Assembly: GCA_040386535.1 (NCBI GenBank)
Contig: JAZKFH010000038.1
Coordinates: forward strand, 151,016 to 215,015
Length of the DNA: 64,000 bases
DNA from: Myxococcota bacterium
Lineage (GTDB): Bacteria; Myxococcota_A; UBA796; SXON01
Reading direction: 5' to 3'
How positions within the stretch are numbered: position 1 is the first letter of the stretch; the number at the start of each line of letters is the position of its first letter. Both the position numbers and the translations under genes were made by a program. The notes below the pieces were generated by a model, which saw only the letters and a program-made list of their open reading frames with translations, did not search any database and was not told the DNA's origin. Shown in pieces: positions 1 through 9,199 of the stretch.

Positions 1-1
1 C

Positions 2-712
2 TTGAAGGAGGCCCGCGCCTTGCTCGAGCGCGCGCTCCTCACCTCGGCCGACGCCGCCCCGCTCCTCGTGGTCCTCGGCAACGTGGCCGCGCAGGAGGGC
101 AAGACCGACGAGGCCGTGCGCCACTGGGAGAAGGCCCGCGCCCTGGCGCCCGAGCAGGCCGAGCCCCTCGTCAACCTGGCCCGGCTCCACGAGCAACAGA
201 AGAAGAAGAAGCCCGCCATCGCCGCCTGGAAGGAGCTGCTCGACGTGCCCGCGTGGCAGGACGAGGCGGTGACCCGGCTCAAGGGGCTCGGCGTCAAGGT
301 CGAGACGCCGCCGGTGCCAGCGGGCGCCGCCGAGAAGCTGGCGTTCGGGAAGAACAACGTCGGCGTGGGGGACGCGTACACGACCCTCGCGGCGCTCGGC
401 GCCCCCGACTACGAAGAGGCCGACTCGGCCATGCCCGAGTACCGGTACCTCGCTTGGGACACGGTCGGCCTCGAAGCGCTCGTGCTCCGCGATCGCGTCG
501 TCCGCTGGAGCCTGTGGTGGCCGGGCACCGCGACCACCCGCGCCGGCATCACCATCGGCTCCTCCCACAACCAGGTCATGACCGCGTACGGCGAAACCTC
601 GAACCAATACGTCAGCGGCAACATGGCCGAGCTCCAATGGAGCCAACTCGGGCTGATCGTGCTGTTGTCGGACGACGAGGTGATGGGGATCGAACTTTCA
701 CCGGTGGAGTAG
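2..712 (+). CDS. Tetratricopeptide repeat protein (5' truncated at window edge) with C-terminal beta-rich domain
   Basis: TPR-like helices (LGNVAAQEGKTDEAVRHWEKARALAPEQAEPLVNLARL); ORF open from window start. Confidence 0.75.
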   Translation: MKEARALLERALLTSADAAPLLVVLGNVAAQEGKTDEAVRHWEKARALAPEQAEPLVNLARLHEQQKKKKPAIAAWKELLDVPAWQDEAVTRLKGLGVKVETPPVPAGAAEKLAFGKNNVGVGDAYTTLAALGAPDYEEADSAMPEYRYLAWDTVGLEALVLRDRVVRWSLWWPGTATTRAGITIGSSHNQVMTAYGETSNQYVSGNMAELQWSQLGLIVLLSDDEVMGIELSPVE

Positions 713-716
713 CCAC

Positions 717-1574
717 GTGTTCTTGCTCCTCGCCTGCGCGCCGTCGGTCCCCGGGGTGCCCGTCCTGACGGCGCTTGCGCCGGCGAGCCACGCGGAGGCC
801 GTGTCGGTCGACCGTTTCCTGGCACCGACCGGACTCGGCGCGACCAATGACTTGTTGTGCCCGTGGGCGCGTGGCGAGCCCGTCCCCGACGCCTCCCTCG
901 TACGTTGGGTCGCCGAGGGGCGCCTCACATGGCGGGTGCTCACCGTCGGGTCGGCGGTCACGTTCGCGGGCTCCGCCGAACCCGATGCGGCCTCGGCTTC
1001 CATGGGGGCCGCGCGCGCGCTCGCGGCGCGGTGCGGGACCGACATCTCGGCCGACGTGCTCGTCGTCGCTGCGCCGGAGGTTGCGTTCGCGACCGTGGCG
1101 CGCGCGGTGATCACGGTCACCCAAGCCGGCTTGGGTCCTGCGTGGCTGCTCGTGGACGATCCGACCCCGACCGCGCCGACGCTGGCGGCCGTGCTACGGA
1201 TGTACACGGTCGGGGTGGACGCGAACGGGGTGGTGACCGTCGAGCGCGACGAGCCCGCCGCTGGGCCCGACGGGTGCGCGGTGGTGACGGGCGCGGACGC
1301 TGCGCGGTGGGACGGTGTCGTCGCAGCCGTGGACGACCTGCGCCGCCGGGGTGTCACCGAGGTGATGCTCGCGACGGAGGGGGTCGTCCGGGAGGCTCGC
1401 CCGATGGGGGGCAGCCCGCCGGGCGTGCGCACCGTGCCGGTGCATGACGACGTCGCGGTGATTCCGTTGGTCATTCCGCGAATGTGTGCCGAGGGGGCGA
1501 CGGGGTGTGGGTGTATGGCGGGGACGTTGCGGGTCGGGAATGTCGGCGAGGCGGAGCCGGTGAAGGGGAAGTAG
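717..1574 (+). CDS. Hypothetical lipoprotein, possibly with ExbD-like repeated domains
   Basis: MFLLLAC lipobox; two segments resembling ExbD periplasmic domains (VVAAPEVAFATVARAV, VVTGADAARWDGVVAAVD); starts 4 bp after upstream stop. Confidence 0.5.
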   Translation: MFLLLACAPSVPGVPVLTALAPASHAEAVSVDRFLAPTGLGATNDLLCPWARGEPVPDASLVRWVAEGRLTWRVLTVGSAVTFAGSAEPDAASASMGAARALAARCGTDISADVLVVAAPEVAFATVARAVITVTQAGLGPAWLLVDDPTPTAPTLAAVLRMYTVGVDANGVVTVERDEPAAGPDGCAVVTGADAARWDGVVAAVDDLRRRGVTEVMLATEGVVREARPMGGSPPGVRTVPVHDDVAVIPLVIPRMCAEGATGCGCMAGTLRVGNVGEAEPVKGK

Positions 1575-1674
1575 GGATCGGGCGCCCCGGCACCCGCCCG
1601 GGGGTGTGTCGTGGTGGATGACATCGGGGCGGCGGGTGCCGTCGGCCCCTTCTGGGCGCGGCGCGGAGCGCCTT

Positions 1675-1761
1675 GGTCCGGCTCCGGGCACGGCGGACCG
1701 TGCCCGGAGCCGGGACCGGCCGCCAGGGGCGGCCGCCCGCCAGGGGCCTGGCGCGGGTTGC
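1675..1761 (+). repeat. Palindromic intergenic element GGTCC-[14-bp stem]-GGGACCGGCCGC; 1712-1761 is repeated at 3132-3181
   Basis: Perfect 14-bp stem 1680-1693/1698-1711; 50-bp near-identical direct copy at 3132-3181. Confidence 0.8.
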
Positions 1762-1864
1762 GTCTCATCGATCGAGTTTCGGCGCGTTCCTGGCCGTTCA
1801 AACCGCACATTGCGCGGGTGACGGCGCGGCGCTTCGGCAGCGTCACTGCCTGCTCGCCGAGCTG

Positions 1865-2488
1865 CTACTGTGCGCTCTGATCGATCTGCAGCTCCCGCGC
1901 CAGGTTCTCATTGAACTGTGCGGCCATCTTCTTGCGCTCGTGTTCCTTCACGGGGTGGGGGCCGAACGTGAAGCTCACGGTGAGGGACGCGGCGCCCGTT
2001 CCTGCGAGAACGTACCCGACCGTTTGCATCGGCCTCTTGGCCGCATTCTCCTGGCGGCAAATCGTTTTCGCCTCCGCGGCCGAATCGGCTTCCGGGTAGA
2101 TAGCCGTGCCTGCGCCAACACAGCTTGACGGTAGGTTCACCAGCGCGAGCGCGAGGCCCCCGCCCCCAAGGGTCAGGCCCCCTATGCGCAGGCCGAGGTT
2201 GACCCCATTTCTCGTGCGGTACTTCTTCGCGAGCTCGGGCTGCTGAATGTAGTCGTAGAACTTTGCGCCCGTCAGGGGCTCGCCGTAAATGCCCTTCTTC
2301 GGGACGGTCCACGTGCTCACGACCTGGCCGGTGCTCGCGCTGACGCCGACCCAGTCTTCGAAGAGCACGACACGCTCCTTGAACTGCTCGAGGCGCTGCG
2401 CGTCGGTGAGCTCGGTGACGGTGGGAACCGGCGGGGCCGCGGGCTCCTCGGCACGGAGCGGCTGCGCGAGCAAAAACAATACGAACAT
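1865..2488 (-). CDS. Hypothetical secreted/membrane protein
   Basis: Signal peptide MFVLFLLAQPLRAEE and two hydrophobic segments (IGGLTLGGGGLALAL; VGYVLAGTGAASLTVSF). Confidence 0.7.
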   Translation of the reverse strand: MFVLFLLAQPLRAEEPAAPPVPTVTELTDAQRLEQFKERVVLFEDWVGVSASTGQVVSTWTVPKKGIYGEPLTGAKFYDYIQQPELAKKYRTRNGVNLGLRIGGLTLGGGGLALALVNLPSSCVGAGTAIYPEADSAAEAKTICRQENAAKRPMQTVGYVLAGTGAASLTVSFTFGPHPVKEHERKKMAAQFNENLARELQIDQSAQ

Positions 2489-2832
2489 CGGGACGACTCC
2501 TCGGTCGATGGCGATCATGCGCCATCTGTACTGGGGCCGTCAACCGACGACGTGGACGCCCGGCAATCGAGCAGTCGGCCGTCCGTCGCGACGCGAGAGT
2601 GACGGCCGCACGAGCACCCGGCGCTCGTCCCACTCGCGCGAGGGCGGTGGCAGCCGCGGCGCCAGATCCTCGGTCATCAGCGTTCTCGGGCGCCGCCAGC
2701 CCTCATGAAGCGGGGGCGGGCGCTGCAGCGCGAAATCGGTTGTGGTACCGTGGGAATTGCACGCTGGGACTGTTCTTTGGTCAAATCAGGTTCTATTTGC
2801 TCTCTCGGCAGGTTGACGTGAGCCGCCACGGC

Positions 2833-3105
2833 GTGGCGTTCGGCATTCATGGTGTGGATAGGACAGCGTCACCCGGTGCGGTGATCGGGCGGTGCTTCGT
2901 CGGCCCCATCTCCATCGGTACGGTGTTCAACGCGGCCAGGTCATCCACTGGCACATTGGCTTCAGTGAAGTTGGCGGTGCTCGAGATTTGGGCGTACGGT
3001 CGGCGTATCGAGACTTGCCACGAAGGCCTCACGGCCCGGCTGGTCCTCACTGGCACCATTCCAGAAGGCGTCACAGACGGAGCGGAGCTGACCGGCGGTG
3101 TGTGA
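2833..3105 (+). CDS. Small hypothetical beta-rich protein (about 90 aa)
   Basis: C-terminal part of ORF 2599..3105, read from GTG 2833, looks like a globular protein (VIGRCFVGPISIG...VKLAVLEIWAYGRRI...ARLVLTG); lower GC. Confidence 0.45.
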   Translation: MAFGIHGVDRTASPGAVIGRCFVGPISIGTVFNAARSSTGTLASVKLAVLEIWAYGRRIETCHEGLTARLVLTGTIPEGVTDGAELTGGV

Positions 3106-3131
3106 TACAGACCCGACCGCGTGCCGACAGG

Positions 3132-3181
3132 GGGACCGGCTGCCAGGGGCGGCCGCTCGCCAGGGGCCTGGCGCGGGTTGC
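3132..3181 (+). repeat. Second copy of 50-bp intergenic repeat
   Basis: GGGACCGGCTGCCAGGGGCGGCCGCTCGCCAGGGGCCTGGCGCGGGTTGC; 2 mismatches to 1712-1761. Confidence 0.85.
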
Positions 3182-3329
3182 CTTGGGGGTGGGCTTGGTG
3201 TAGGGAGGCCCATGGGGCGGGACGGGCAATCCGCGATGCCCGCACTCGAGGGCGCACGGCAGCAGCTCTGCCGCCGGCCCAGAGACCAGGAAGTCCGCAC
3301 CATCCTCGTGTGCGCATTAGCGAGGGAGG

Positions 3330-4151
3330 ATGCGCAACCTCCTTCTTGCTTCGCTCGTCCTCCCGTCCTGCCCTCCTGGCGAGGAGATCCCCCCCTGCGA
3401 GGCTGCCGCCACCACGATCGCCGAGTGCGACCTTGAGATCGAGGACAGTATGTATCCGGACCTCGCCGATACCTGCCCGAGCGACTGCGTGGCGGAGTGC
3501 GTCGCCGGGGCCTTCTGCGACGAGCTCGATCCCGCGCTGGCTCTGAGTCGGTACTCCTGGGGCAGCTGCGGCGGGTCGTCGCCCACCGAGGAGTGCATCA
3601 GCGACTGCAACGGCGGCTGCGACACGGACGACTGGACTCCGCTCGTACTCGTCTTCGACGGCGCGCCGGTGCGCTTCGCGGTCGACGGGGCCGTCTTCGA
3701 CTCCGGGCGCGGCCCTCTCGTCACCGACTGGCCCTCCGCGCCCTGGCTCGCCCTGGACCGCAACGGGAACGGCCTTGTCGACGACGCCTCCGAGCTCTTC
3801 GGTGACGCGACGCCGCTCGCCACGGGCGGCACGGGTCCTAATGGCTTCGCGCCTCTGGCGGAGCTGGACGCCGATGGCGACGGATGGATCACGCCGGCCG
3901 ACCCGTCCTGGCCCCTGCTGCGCGTCTGGACCGACGCCGACGGGAAGTGCTCTCCTGCCGAACTCGAACCGCTGCCCGACGGCGCGGCGCTCGAACTCGC
4001 GTGGACGCTCGATGCCCGCTGCGACGCGCGCGGAAACTGTGAGCGCGAGCGCGCGCGACTCGTGTACGTCGACGCGACGGGCGCGCGTCGCGAGGGTGCC
4101 GTCGTAGACGTGCACGTCCGCGCGCGGAACACCGTGACGGCGGCGCGGTAG
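3330..4151 (+). CDS. Secreted Cys-rich, calcium-binding (DxDxDG) protein
   Basis: RBS GGAGG; signal/lipobox; TPLVL...WLALDRNGNGLVDDASELFG...NGFAPLAELDADGDGWIT calcium-binding loops. Confidence 0.75.
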   Translation: MRNLLLASLVLPSCPPGEEIPPCEAAATTIAECDLEIEDSMYPDLADTCPSDCVAECVAGAFCDELDPALALSRYSWGSCGGSSPTEECISDCNGGCDTDDWTPLVLVFDGAPVRFAVDGAVFDSGRGPLVTDWPSAPWLALDRNGNGLVDDASELFGDATPLATGGTGPNGFAPLAELDADGDGWITPADPSWPLLRVWTDADGKCSPAELEPLPDGAALELAWTLDARCDARGNCERERARLVYVDATGARREGAVVDVHVRARNTVTAAR

Positions 4152-4331
4152 CCCAGGCCGTACGCGTACGGCGAGACGTGTGGTTGCGGGGCGCTCGACT
4201 CCCGGGGAGACGGCGTGCCGTCGAACAACTGGCGGCCTGATCGCGAGCGTCGACGTGCGCGCCCCGGGACATGCGCTGGCCGTCGAAGACGCCGGGCACC
4301 AGCGGCGATTGTCACGCTTGCATTCACGCAC

Positions 4332-4868
4332 CTACCCCGGGTCTTGACCCGTGGCATGGCGGTACAATCCCCGCGCGAGCCTCACCTCGGCCACGCTCGC
4401 TCCGGCGAAGTACTTCACCTTCCGGCTCCCGTCCGGGCGCCATCCGTGACGCTCGTAGAACGAGCGGGCCCGAACGTTTTCCTCGAGCACCCAGAGCACG
4501 GCACGGGAATGGCCGGCGGCCACCACCTGCGCGAGCGCGGCTTCGTGGAGGGCATGCCCGAGGCCCGTTCCCCAGCGTGTCGGATGCACGTAGAGGGCGG
4601 CGAGCTCGGCGCCCACGACGTCCTCGTCGCGGGCAACGGCGATCGACGCGAACCCCTCGACCACGCCGTCCACCTCGCCGACCACGGTCACGCCGCCCGG
4701 CAACGGGGCCCGGAGGATGCGCTGCCACCGCTCCGTGCGCATCGGCACCGTGTAGTCGGCCAGGTACGCCGCCGGGATCAGGCCCGCGTAGGCCTCGTGC
4801 CACGCGGCGACCTGGGCGCGCGCGATGGCAGCGGGGTCGGCGTCGAGAGCGGGCCGGACCTGGATCAT
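4332..4868 (-). CDS. GNAT family N-acetyltransferase
   Basis: AWHEAYAGLIP N-terminus; acetyl-CoA motif LYVHPTRWGTGLGHAL; VLWVLEENVRARSFYERHGW. Confidence 0.9.
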   Translation of the reverse strand: MIQVRPALDADPAAIARAQVAAWHEAYAGLIPAAYLADYTVPMRTERWQRILRAPLPGGVTVVGEVDGVVEGFASIAVARDEDVVGAELAALYVHPTRWGTGLGHALHEAALAQVVAAGHSRAVLWVLEENVRARSFYERHGWRPDGSRKVKYFAGASVAEVRLARGLYRHATGQDPG

Positions 4869-4954
4869 GGCGCCGTTGGTAACCTGACGCGCCCGCGCCA
4901 GGAGCCCTGGGCGATCATGTCGGCCCCATCCCCTGTTAGGACAAGAAAGAAACC

Positions 4955-5647
4955 ATGTCCATCGAATGGAAACGAGACATCGCCCACGTTGAAGAGAGTA
5001 TAGCTCGAGACTTTCCCCGTACCGGATTGGTGCTGCGAGCCTTCGCCTCGGGGCGCCTCGAGGATCCGAGGCCTCTTCTCGCACGCCTTCCCCAGCCCGA
5101 CATCGACAATGTCGAGGGACTCGGAGACTTTGACGTCTGGTGCGGATACTCTGACGGAGTTCCCTTCTCCCTGTACGCCTCCAAGGACGGGCCTGTGGGG
5201 TGGGCGTTTACCCTCCACGTGGCGATAAAGCTCAACAAAGGAGGAGGGCTCGACTCGTCCCTCCTTTCCGTGCTGTTCGACCTTCCCTCCGAGCTCATGG
5301 CCCTCGACACTCCCTACCTGGAGAACGTGCCGTTCGATGGGCCGGCTTACGGGGTCTACAGGCCCGGGGTGCAGGAACCTGACTTCAAATCGCCCAGACT
5401 GCACGACGCGATAGCTTGGCAAAGGGGCCTTGAACAATGGCAACGTGCTGGGCGTTACGTTGCCGACACGCCAGCGACGGCAGGTAGCTGGATGGCGGTG
5501 GGCGCCTCGGTAGGCCCCTACGTGCGCGACCTTCAAGTGTTCCGCTCGCGGGAGCGGGCCGAACGCTTCATCCAGAGACAGGCGGCGACGGAGGGGAGCA
5601 AAGGGCCATACACGCTATGTCACGGGCGTCTTGTTGCGCATCCATGA
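4955..5647 (+). CDS. Hypothetical protein (lower GC, orphan-like)
   Basis: 230-aa ORF with normal amino-acid composition, A-rich leader and codon usage unlike its neighbours. Confidence 0.65.
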   Translation: MSIEWKRDIAHVEESIARDFPRTGLVLRAFASGRLEDPRPLLARLPQPDIDNVEGLGDFDVWCGYSDGVPFSLYASKDGPVGWAFTLHVAIKLNKGGGLDSSLLSVLFDLPSELMALDTPYLENVPFDGPAYGVYRPGVQEPDFKSPRLHDAIAWQRGLEQWQRAGRYVADTPATAGSWMAVGASVGPYVRDLQVFRSRERAERFIQRQAATEGSKGPYTLCHGRLVAHP

Positions 5648-5724
5648 TTCTCATGCGGGTTCGTTCGCTCGCGACATTCCGGCCATGCGAGGGCCCGAGC
5701 CAGCGTACGGAAATAGACGCACGG

Positions 5725-6132
5725 TTACCGATGCGGCGAGTAGGGTGCGGGCGGCAGCGGCTGCTCGTGAAGCTCGACTGTGTACACGTCACGCGCTCGC
5801 AGACACGTCGGCCCCCACCGCTCCTCGGTCATCCGCGTGAGCTCCATGTCGTACACAGCCAAACACTCCGGCGCGCGGAAGATCCACGACCGGGCATCCT
5901 GGTCCACCAAGCGGAAGACGCAGCGCCTTCCCGCCGACGTTTCCAACAGTTCGACGCTGCCGCGCCGTGAACTGATCTGCTCGATTGCGGCCGCGGAGGA
6001 TGCGATTTGCTGGGAGGGGGCTGGATAGCTCTCCAAGTCCCCACACATACCGAATGTCTCCTTGCGCACCGCGGGCTGCTCTCTCGACGAATCGCATGCA
6101 ACGAGGCTACTCAACAGGTACATGAGCGGCAT
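5725..6132 (-). CDS. Hypothetical lipoprotein
   Basis: MYLLSSLVAC lipobox; 135 aa; lower GC. Confidence 0.55.
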   Translation of the reverse strand: MPLMYLLSSLVACDSSREQPAVRKETFGMCGDLESYPAPSQQIASSAAAIEQISSRRGSVELLETSAGRRCVFRLVDQDARSWIFRAPECLAVYDMELTRMTEERWGPTCLRARDVYTVELHEQPLPPAPYSPHR

Positions 6133-6291
6133 GATCGGTCCCTTATTCGCTCTGCGCGTGGTCGACGAGCACCCCTGGGTTTCCGAAGCGGCCCGCGGCG
6201 CACTCGCGCAGCGCTCGGCGACCGCGGCGCATCCGGCCGCGGTCTCTGGCGGGGACCGGCGCGCCGCCCTCGAGAGGTGGGCGCGGCGCGA

Positions 6292-6438
6292 CCGTCCGAA
6301 GTCGGGGGATGCACATCTATCCGCTTACTTCGGACGCTATATCCGTCCAAGGTCGGGGGATACGCGCGCATCCTGTCACTTCGGACGCTATATCCGTCCG
6401 AGCTCGGGGGATGAGCACGCATCCCGTCACTTCGAACG
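6292..6438. repeat. Tandem array of three 51-bp hairpin units
   Basis: Units at 6292, 6343, 6394: CCGTCC(GAAG/AAGG/GAGC)TCGGGGGAT...ACTTCG(G/A)ACG; unit ends are inverted repeats. Confidence 0.9.
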
Positions 6439-6701
6439 GTAGGTAGCCCGTTTCGTGCCTGTGCGCCTCCTCGGCGCGGTGGGCTTCAGCGACGAGCGCG
6501 CCCTCGCCCAACGCCGCGCCGTCCGCCCCGCCGCGCCCTCGATCAACCCGCGCCCCCGCGCGAGGGACGCGCAGGGCGGCCGGCTCGGCGGCCGGTCCGG
6601 CGGCGCGTCCGCGGGCCGCCGACCGAGGGCCTTCGGCCCGAGCCCGCAGCGGCCCGGCCCCCGCGCTCTGGCGGGGGACGCGCCCACGCCCTCCCAACAT
6701 C

Positions 6702-7394
6702 TCACAAGCCCCCGACCCACCCCCGCGCCCCCTCCACGAGCACGGCCAGCGCGTCGGGATCGGAGATGTGGCCGGGCGCTGCAAACGCCGCGAGATCGCC
6801 CCCGTAGCGGAGGCGGCATTCGGCCCCGGGCGAGAGCGCGCGGAGCGCCGCCTGGGCGGCGTGCGCCCTCTCGGTGACGACGGGATCCGCGGGTGCGCGG
6901 CGGCCGAGCAGGTCCCACCAGCGGTTGCTCCACCGCACGGCGCGTGACCCGTCGGGCAGCAGTTGCACCTCGACCGCGGGGGCGCGCCGGCCCGGGCGCA
7001 GGCTCGCCACGCAGGTCCATGGGGTGCCGGGCGTGTCCTCGTTGCCGCCCGCGGTCTCGGCGGTCGCGACGTAGAAGACGACGACGGCGTCACCACGATT
7101 CCCGCCGCGCCCCCCCTCCATCCGCACGTACCGGTCCCCCCCGATCGTCGCGACCACGCGCCCTTCGACGCGGCGCGCGAGGAGGGTGAGGGGTGCGCTC
7201 TGCCAGGCGTTGAGCATCCGGACGAACGGCAGCGACAGCAGCATGATGAGCGCGACGGTGGCGAGGCCGATGGTGAAAAAGAAGCCGACGAAGCCGAGAT
7301 CGCCGCCCGAGACGGCGGCGCCGAGCGTGGGGACGAGGAGCAGCGGCGCTCCGAAGAGGATCGCGTAGAAGCGGTTGGTGATCACGAGGCGCAT
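6702..7394 (-). CDS. Hypothetical membrane protein
   Basis: Two N-terminal transmembrane helices followed by a soluble domain. Confidence 0.6.
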   Translation of the reverse strand: MRLVITNRFYAILFGAPLLLVPTLGAAVSGGDLGFVGFFFTIGLATVALIMLLSLPFVRMLNAWQSAPLTLLARRVEGRVVATIGGDRYVRMEGGRGGNRGDAVVVFYVATAETAGGNEDTPGTPWTCVASLRPGRRAPAVEVQLLPDGSRAVRWSNRWWDLLGRRAPADPVVTERAHAAQAALRALSPGAECRLRYGGDLAAFAAPGHISDPDALAVLVEGARGWVGGL

Positions 7395-7477
7395 GATGCC
7401 ACGGCGGACGACAACTACGACGCCAACCGAGCGCCCCGCGCCGCGCCGGGGCATCTTGTCCGGGTAGGGAGGTCCGC

Positions 7478-8515
7478 GTGGCGCGCACCATCGTGATTGG
7501 CGACATCCACGGATGCTGGGACGAGCTCCGCGACCTGTTCGACGCGCTCGCGCTGACGGACGACGATCTCGTCGTGAGCGTCGGCGACCTCGTGGACCGC
7601 GGCCCCGAGCCGGTCGCGGTGGTCGATTGGTTCCGCGGCCGTGCCAACGCCGTGGTCGTGTGTGGCAACCACGAGCGGAAGCACGTACGGGGCACGCTCT
7701 CCTACGGCCAACACATCGTGCGCCACCAATTCGGCGCGCGGTACACCGACGCCGTCGCGTGGATGGGCACGCTCCCGTACGCCTGGGAGACCGACGCGGT
7801 GCGGGTCGTGCACGCGGCGCTCATCCCCGGCGTACCCCTCGCGGACACCCCTGAGGACATCCTGTGCGGCTCGACCTCGGGCACCGAGCGGCTGGAGAAG
7901 CGCCTCGCGCCAACGTCCGGCGGGCGCCCATGGCACGAGCTGTACACCGACGAAAAGCCCGTGGTGTTCGGCCACATCGTGGTCGGCCCGGAGCCGCTCG
8001 TCCGCGACGGGCGCGTCTATGGCATCGACACGGGCGCGTGCCACGGAATGCGCCTCACCGCGCTCGTGCTCCCAACCTTCGAGCTGGTGTCGGTGCCGTC
8101 CCGCGGCGACCACTGGACGACCACCAAGCGAACGTGGCAGGTCCCGATTTTGCGGGAGCGTGCGTGGGGCCAGATGACGTTCGAGCAGCTCGACCGCAAG
8201 GCGCGTGAGCTCGCCGTGGGGATGGACGCGGAGGCCCGCGCCTGGCTCGATGACATGCGCACCTGGGCGGTGGCCGTTCAGGAGGCCATCCCGACGGTGG
8301 CGGCGGCGCTCGACGCCGAGATCGTGCGGATCACGGTCGAGCACGGCGAGGCCGGCTTCGCGGCGGCGGCGGCGGCCCACCCCGCGAACGCGACGCTCTT
8401 CGCGCGGCGCGCCGGCCGCCTCCAGACCGACCACCTCGGCTGCCCCGGCCCCGACGCGGTGTTCGCGCTCGCGACGCGCCTGGGCATCACGCTCCCGGTA
8501 CCACAGACACCCTGA
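7478..8515 (+). CDS. Metallophosphoesterase (PPP/ApaH-like) with C-terminal helical extension
   Basis: GDIHG, GDLVDRG, GNHE, HA, FGH and IDTG motifs; RBS GGAGG. Confidence 0.92.
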   Translation: MARTIVIGDIHGCWDELRDLFDALALTDDDLVVSVGDLVDRGPEPVAVVDWFRGRANAVVVCGNHERKHVRGTLSYGQHIVRHQFGARYTDAVAWMGTLPYAWETDAVRVVHAALIPGVPLADTPEDILCGSTSGTERLEKRLAPTSGGRPWHELYTDEKPVVFGHIVVGPEPLVRDGRVYGIDTGACHGMRLTALVLPTFELVSVPSRGDHWTTTKRTWQVPILRERAWGQMTFEQLDRKARELAVGMDAEARAWLDDMRTWAVAVQEAIPTVAAALDAEIVRITVEHGEAGFAAAAAAHPANATLFARRAGRLQTDHLGCPGPDAVFALATRLGITLPVPQTP

Positions 8516-8585
8516 GCCGCTACGGCGCCCGACGACCAGGCGCTCGTCCCCGTGTGTGCGCGCCCTGTCTCCTTGCCACCCCGCA

Positions 8586-8619
8586 TAACGATGTTACGTG
8601 CCCCGCGTAACGCCGTTAC
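8586..8619. promoter_or_regulatory. Two TAAC-N3-GTTA palindromes, putative TetR operator
   Basis: TAACGATGTTA (8586-8596) and GTAACGCCGTTAC (8607-8619), 10 bp upstream of the TetR start. Confidence 0.6.
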
Positions 8620-8629
8620 ACGGAGCCCC

Positions 8630-9199
8630 ATGGACGACCCCCGCCGCATCCACGACGCCCTCGCCGCCGGCACGCTCGGCCGGGACGACCTGACCGCGCG
8701 CGCGCTCGGCGCGTTCCTCGGGGCCACGACCTCGCGGGTGTACCACCACTACGGCTCGCTCGACGGGCTGCTCTTCGCCGTCGCGGGCGAGGGGTTCCGC
8801 GGGCTCGCGACCCACCTCGCCGCCGCCGCGCCACACGGCCTCTCTACGCTGGCCGAGGCGTTCGTGGCCTGGGGGCTCGACCGCCCCGTCCTCTACGAGC
8901 TGATGTTCGTCCGCGCCTACGATTGGCCCGCCCTGCGCGCCGCCCGCGGGAACGCGCCCCTCGACGACACCCCGGGCCTCGCGTTGTGGGGCGCCCTCCA
9001 GGCCCAGCTCGCCGCCGCCGGCAGCGCCGATCCCCGTACGGACGCGCTCATGCTCTACGCCGGCCTCCACGGCCTCGTCTCCCTCGCGATGGGCGGCCGC
9101 GCGAACGTCGGCCGGCTCGATCTGTCCGACCGCGACGCGGCGCTGGCCGCCGCCCGCGCCCTCGCCCACCGCCTCTGCCCATTGCAGGAGTCCAAGTGA
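8630..9199 (+). CDS. TetR/AcrR family regulator (WHG-type C-terminus)
   Basis: HTH LTARALGAFLGATTSRVYHHYGSLDGLL; LYELMF and YAGLHGLVSL C-terminal motifs. Confidence 0.85.
   Translation: MDDPRRIHDALAAGTLGRDDLTARALGAFLGATTSRVYHHYGSLDGLLFAVAGEGFRGLATHLAAAAPHGLSTLAEAFVAWGLDRPVLYELMFVRAYDWPALRAARGNAPLDDTPGLALWGALQAQLAAAGSADPRTDALMLYAGLHGLVSLAMGGRANVGRLDLSDRDAALAAARALAHRLCPLQESK

Noticed and set aside
4875..4945. Possible integron attC (TAAC...GTTAGG) before the low-GC ORF at 4955
   Set aside because: Does not match RYYYAAC/GTTRRRY, has no convincing internal pairing, and there is no integrase or repeated attC
6292..6438. Possible CRISPR array
   Set aside because: Only three units, variable parts short and related to each other, repeats not identical, and no cas genes in the window
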